64,000 bases of DNA from a virus. The stretch is from the IMG/VR virus record IMGVR_UViG_3300043446_001855, positions 7,502-71,501 of that record; one strand, given 5' to 3'. The notes under the pieces were generated by a model that made no database searches, was not told the DNA's origin, and was given only the letters and a program-made list of their open reading frames with translations. Numbering within the stretch: the first letter of the stretch is position 1; each line of letters opens with the position of its first letter. Below, piece by piece: positions 60,794 to 64,000 of the stretch. The position numbers and the translations under genes are program-made.

Positions 60794-61508
60794 CTAGTTG
60801 GTCTTCGTTTCAGCGTACAGGTTAGCGGCGGCCCTACGCGCCTCTTCCAGAGAGTAACACGTCAAGACGTAGTGCCCGATGTAGTTCGGATCGGCCGCGG
60901 CCTCGTCGTCGTCCACCTCCCAGACCTCGTAGAGCACGTCGCGCTCGATCTCTTCGATATGAAACACCGTAGCCCCCTTCTCCCTACCTACCTGCGCTCG
61001 CCCGTGAACGGGTCGTACCGCGGGACGAGGTTCCGGTACGCCATCGCCACCACCTCGCGGTTCGTGCTCCTGTACCCCCAGCACTCGTACTCGTACGCCG
61101 CGTCCTGCATCGCGTCGTGCACCGCCTTGGCGATCCGCTGCGGCGCGTTGTCCACCACGAACCACATTACCCTGCTGAACATTACGACCTCCTCAGGTCA
61201 ATGATTACACTCACAGCAAAGCACACGCAAGTGTGCTATCCCACGAATACGTCCCACCCCAGCATTTGCATCCGCCCCTCGAACTCCATCACGTCGTCCG
61301 TGTACTCGCGGACCTGCGCTACCCACTCGTACTCGCCGACCTCCGCGTACTTTGCCACGTTGTCCGCCGCCACGACATGCCACTTCTCTTGCGGAGCGTT
61401 CAGCGTCACGCCCGACTGCCACAGTCGGCTGATTGCGTACGCCACCGGCACCGAAGGTGCTTCGTACTCTGGCTTGCGGATCATTACCGTGAAGAACTCT
61501 TCCATCAC
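60794..61508 (-). other. three small early ORFs (60794-60968 approx., 60988-61182, 61236-61508)
   Basis: SD-preceded, high GC3. Confidence 0.45.
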
Positions 61509-61609
61509 ACAATCCTTTCAATAGGGACACAGCGTTGTCGCCGTAATCAACGCCGACCTTACATCGAGGTTGATTACGGCGGGGAGCCGAAGCCCCCCGC
61601 CGGTTCGAT

Positions 61610-62035
61610 CTAGAGGGCGACGGCGGTCGCCTTCGGGGACTTCTTGGAGAGGAGCAGCATGATGCTGCGCCGCGCCGTGGAGTCCTTGATCGGGTGGTTC
61701 GGGCTGACGCGCTCCACCCAGAACGCCCCGGTCTTGGTGTGGTTCACCTTGACCGTCGTCTTCTCCTCGCCGAAGTAGGGCTCGCCCTTGTAGTTCAGGA
61801 CGGTCGCCGCCTGCTTCGCCGTCAGGGTGTAGACCCCGTCGGTGACCCCGGCGATGGACTCGCGCTCCTTCGCCGTCTTCGACCCCGCCTTGACCGGCAG
61901 GGCGAGGGTCTTGCTGATGATCTGGCTCGCCTCGTAGGTGTCCATCTCGGCGATGGAGTCCACCACGAAGTCGGCGGGGAACTCGCGATCCTTCTTGAGG
62001 CGGTCGAACAGGTCGATCTGCTTGTCGGTGGCCAT
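61610..62035 (-). CDS. early protein with MATDKQ N-terminal motif
   Basis: SD GAGGAG; ATDKQI...EASQII motif common in actinophages. Confidence 0.6.
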   Translation of the reverse strand: MATDKQIDLFDRLKKDREFPADFVVDSIAEMDTYEASQIISKTLALPVKAGSKTAKERESIAGVTDGVYTLTAKQAATVLNYKGEPYFGEEKTTVKVNHTKTGAFWVERVSPNHPIKDSTARRSIMLLLSKKSPKATAVAL

Positions 62036-62067
62036 GTTGGCACTCCTCTGGAAGCGGTATTGCTGAT

Positions 62068-62122
62068 TGCGTTTCGGCAGGCTGCCGTCATCAGGCTACA
62101 GGCACCACCCTGTAACGACGCA
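62068..62122 (-). ncRNA. type III hammerhead ribozyme
   Basis: TGCGTC^GTTACAGG-GTGGTG-CCTGTAGC-CTGATGA-C-GGCA-GCC-TGCC-GAAACGCA: complete core and all three stems. Confidence 0.85.
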
Positions 62123-62152
62123 GGGAGGGGGACTTTGCCCCCTCCCGTTGTT

Positions 62153-63175
62153 TCAGATCAGACCGGCGGCGATCAGCCCCAGCCTGATTTCGCGGCGGAG
62201 CCGGTTGGACTCCACGCTGAGGGCGTTGATGTCGGTGGAGTAGTCCACCTCGTCGATGATCTCGTCGATCATCAGGTTCACCGCCGTCAGGTCGCAGCCC
62301 AGCGCCCTGTCGTAGAGGTCGCGGATGGACATGTTGGGGTACTTGGGAGCGTAGATGCTCATGGTCAGTCCTCCTCGGTGAGGGAGTTGATGGCGATGGC
62401 GAAGCCGCGCTCGGACTTCACCGACTGTCCGCTGCGAAGCAGCGCCTTGCGGAACGCCTCCTTCATGGCGTCCGACCCCATGACGGGGTTGATCTTGATG
62501 GAGCGGGTCTTGCCGGTCTCGACCGGCTCGCTCCAGCCGTGGCTCTTGGCCATGCTTTCCTCCTTTGTGGGGTTTTACTGAAGCGGGGCGAAGCCCCGCG
62601 CCGTCGCGCTCGGTGCGGCTACGCCGCGAGAAGACTCTTGTTGAGCCTCCGCTAGCCCTTGTCGATGGGCTGCTTGCGAACGAAGTGGACGATGTAGAGC
62701 AGCGCCCCCACACCCAGCAGGGCGAGGACGATGTAGGTCTCGGGGCTGCCGATCTCAGCGCGGAACATCTGGGCGATGCACATGACCTCCCAGAGCAGCG
62801 TCATGATGAGGGTGGCGATGTAGACGATCACCTTCTGCGTGATGGTCATGCCTTCTCCTTCTTGCAGTCGGGACAGGACTTGATGAGACGTTCGGTGCCG
62901 TTGGGCTCCGTCAGCATCCACCGTCCTGTCTGCTGGGCGGAGTGCTGGGAGTAGTGAAGTCCGTCCCGCTTGGTGTGCTCGCAGGGGTAGAACTTCATCC
63001 GGTTGGTGTCGATGCGAGTCATCAGGACGCCTCCTCGATCTTGATGTTCTCGATGCGGAGCCTGCCGGGCTCCTCCTTGTGGTTGGCGAGGATGGTCTTG
63101 TAGTCCTCCTCGGTGCAGGTGACGCTTGCCACCTTGCCGTGGTCGTCCATGAGGTCGAACTTGTACTTCTTCACC
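62153..63175 (-). other. five small early ORFs (62153-62362, 62365-62553, 62652-62849 membrane, 62846-63022, 63022-63174)
   Basis: SD-preceded or coupled ORFs with high GC3. Confidence 0.5.
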
Positions 63176-63197
63176 GGGACACCTCCTTGTTGCGGAA

Positions 63198-63258
63198 TAG
63201 CCGCAGACGAATCGAACGTCTGTTCTCTAGTTGAGAACCCGGCACCAGCCGGACGGCT
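63198..63258 (-). ncRNA. compact tRNA-like cloverleaf
   Basis: AGCCGT/GCGGCT acceptor; CCGGC-TGGT-GCCGG; GTTCTC-AACTA-GAGAAC; AGACG-TTCGATT-CGTCT. Confidence 0.6.
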
Positions 63259-63278
63259 TGGTTTCTAGTCCTTACGGA

Positions 63279-63674
63279 CTAGGCGACGGGGATGATGCCC
63301 GCCGCGAACGCCTGCCGGAGCAGGCGGTAGGACTCGGTGAACTCGCCGTCGTCGGTGCGGCGGCGCACCGGGGTGCCGTCGAGGGTGAACATGGGGTAGA
63401 ACTGCGTGTACCCCTTCTTCCAGCGGACGCCGCAGACCTCGCCGCCGATGACCTTCTGGTGCTCGGCGGGGACGGCGTAGTCGCCGGTCTTGCTGCCCTT
63501 CGGCATGGTCGGGATGCTGCGGTAGTCGCGCTCCGCGAGCACCGACACGGCGCGGTCGGCGTCACCCTTGCGGACGACGGAGGGGACGAGGGACAGGGCG
63601 TCAGCCGTGGGCTGCGCCGTCTGGTGGAGCAGCACCGACTTGACGAGAGCCTGCGTCTTGTTCAGGTTGGACAT
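63279..63674 (-). CDS. first early hypothetical protein
   Basis: SD GGAGG; very high GC3; preceded by a non-coding region extending to the window end. Confidence 0.6.
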   Translation of the reverse strand: MSNLNKTQALVKSVLLHQTAQPTADALSLVPSVVRKGDADRAVSVLAERDYRSIPTMPKGSKTGDYAVPAEHQKVIGGEVCGVRWKKGYTQFYPMFTLDGTPVRRRTDDGEFTESYRLLRQAFAAGIIPVA

Positions 63675-64000
63675 GAGTGACCTCCATGGTCAAGGATTGG
63701 CTAGTGACTTGTCCATTGTCACTAGCATGGACAGTTAGAGTGACCTAATGGTCGCCCTAATCCCAAATGAGCCACATTTTGGAGGGGTGGGCACCTCTCC
63801 TAATGGGTCCCATCTGAATCGAAAGACGGACGGTTTGATACCCCCCTCCCTACTGGGAGTTATTGAGGGGTATCTTGTGGCAGAACCGCCCCACTACCTG
63901 AGTGTGAGCGTATACACATACGTTGCGTATACATACACGAGAGGGCTAAGTCTTTGTCTTGACTTTGTGTCGGGGTGATGTCCCCTGCCGCTCACAAACC

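Noticed and set aside
1-64000. Stop-codon reassignment, integrase, rRNA, CRISPR
   Set aside because: Genes are intact in the standard code, there is no canonical suppressor tRNA, and none of these elements was seen

Overview
This window is 64 kb of a large, contractile-tailed (myovirus-type) dsDNA bacteriophage, most likely infecting an Actinomycetota host. The host call rests on a Bxz1/cluster-C-like capsid module, an Rpf domain, Ku, an MSMEG_6728-like gene and leaderless genes. Essentially all real genes are on the minus strand. Positions 1-35.2 kb are the virion module: baseplate, tail hydrolase, tape measure, a frameshifting tail chaperone, tube, sheath, neck, glycosyltransferase, collagen and fibre proteins, major capsid, protease/scaffold, four tail-collar proteins and an HD-domain protein. 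Positions 35.2-64 kb are middle/early accessory genes: tRNA-Arg(TCT), tRNA-Glu(TTC), dUTPase, secreted Rpf-like and DPBB muramidases, SNF2 helicase, 2H phosphoesterase, a DUF932-Ku-ligase end-joining operon, a UV-repair glycosylase, an L7/L12-like protein and many small ORFs. The least-explained signal is a set of structured RNA elements in intergenic gaps of the early/middle region. These are a type III hammerhead ribozyme, two compact non-canonical tRNA-like elements, a promoter-driven multibranch RNA and several long hairpins. All protein calls come from motif recognition by eye; no database search was run.
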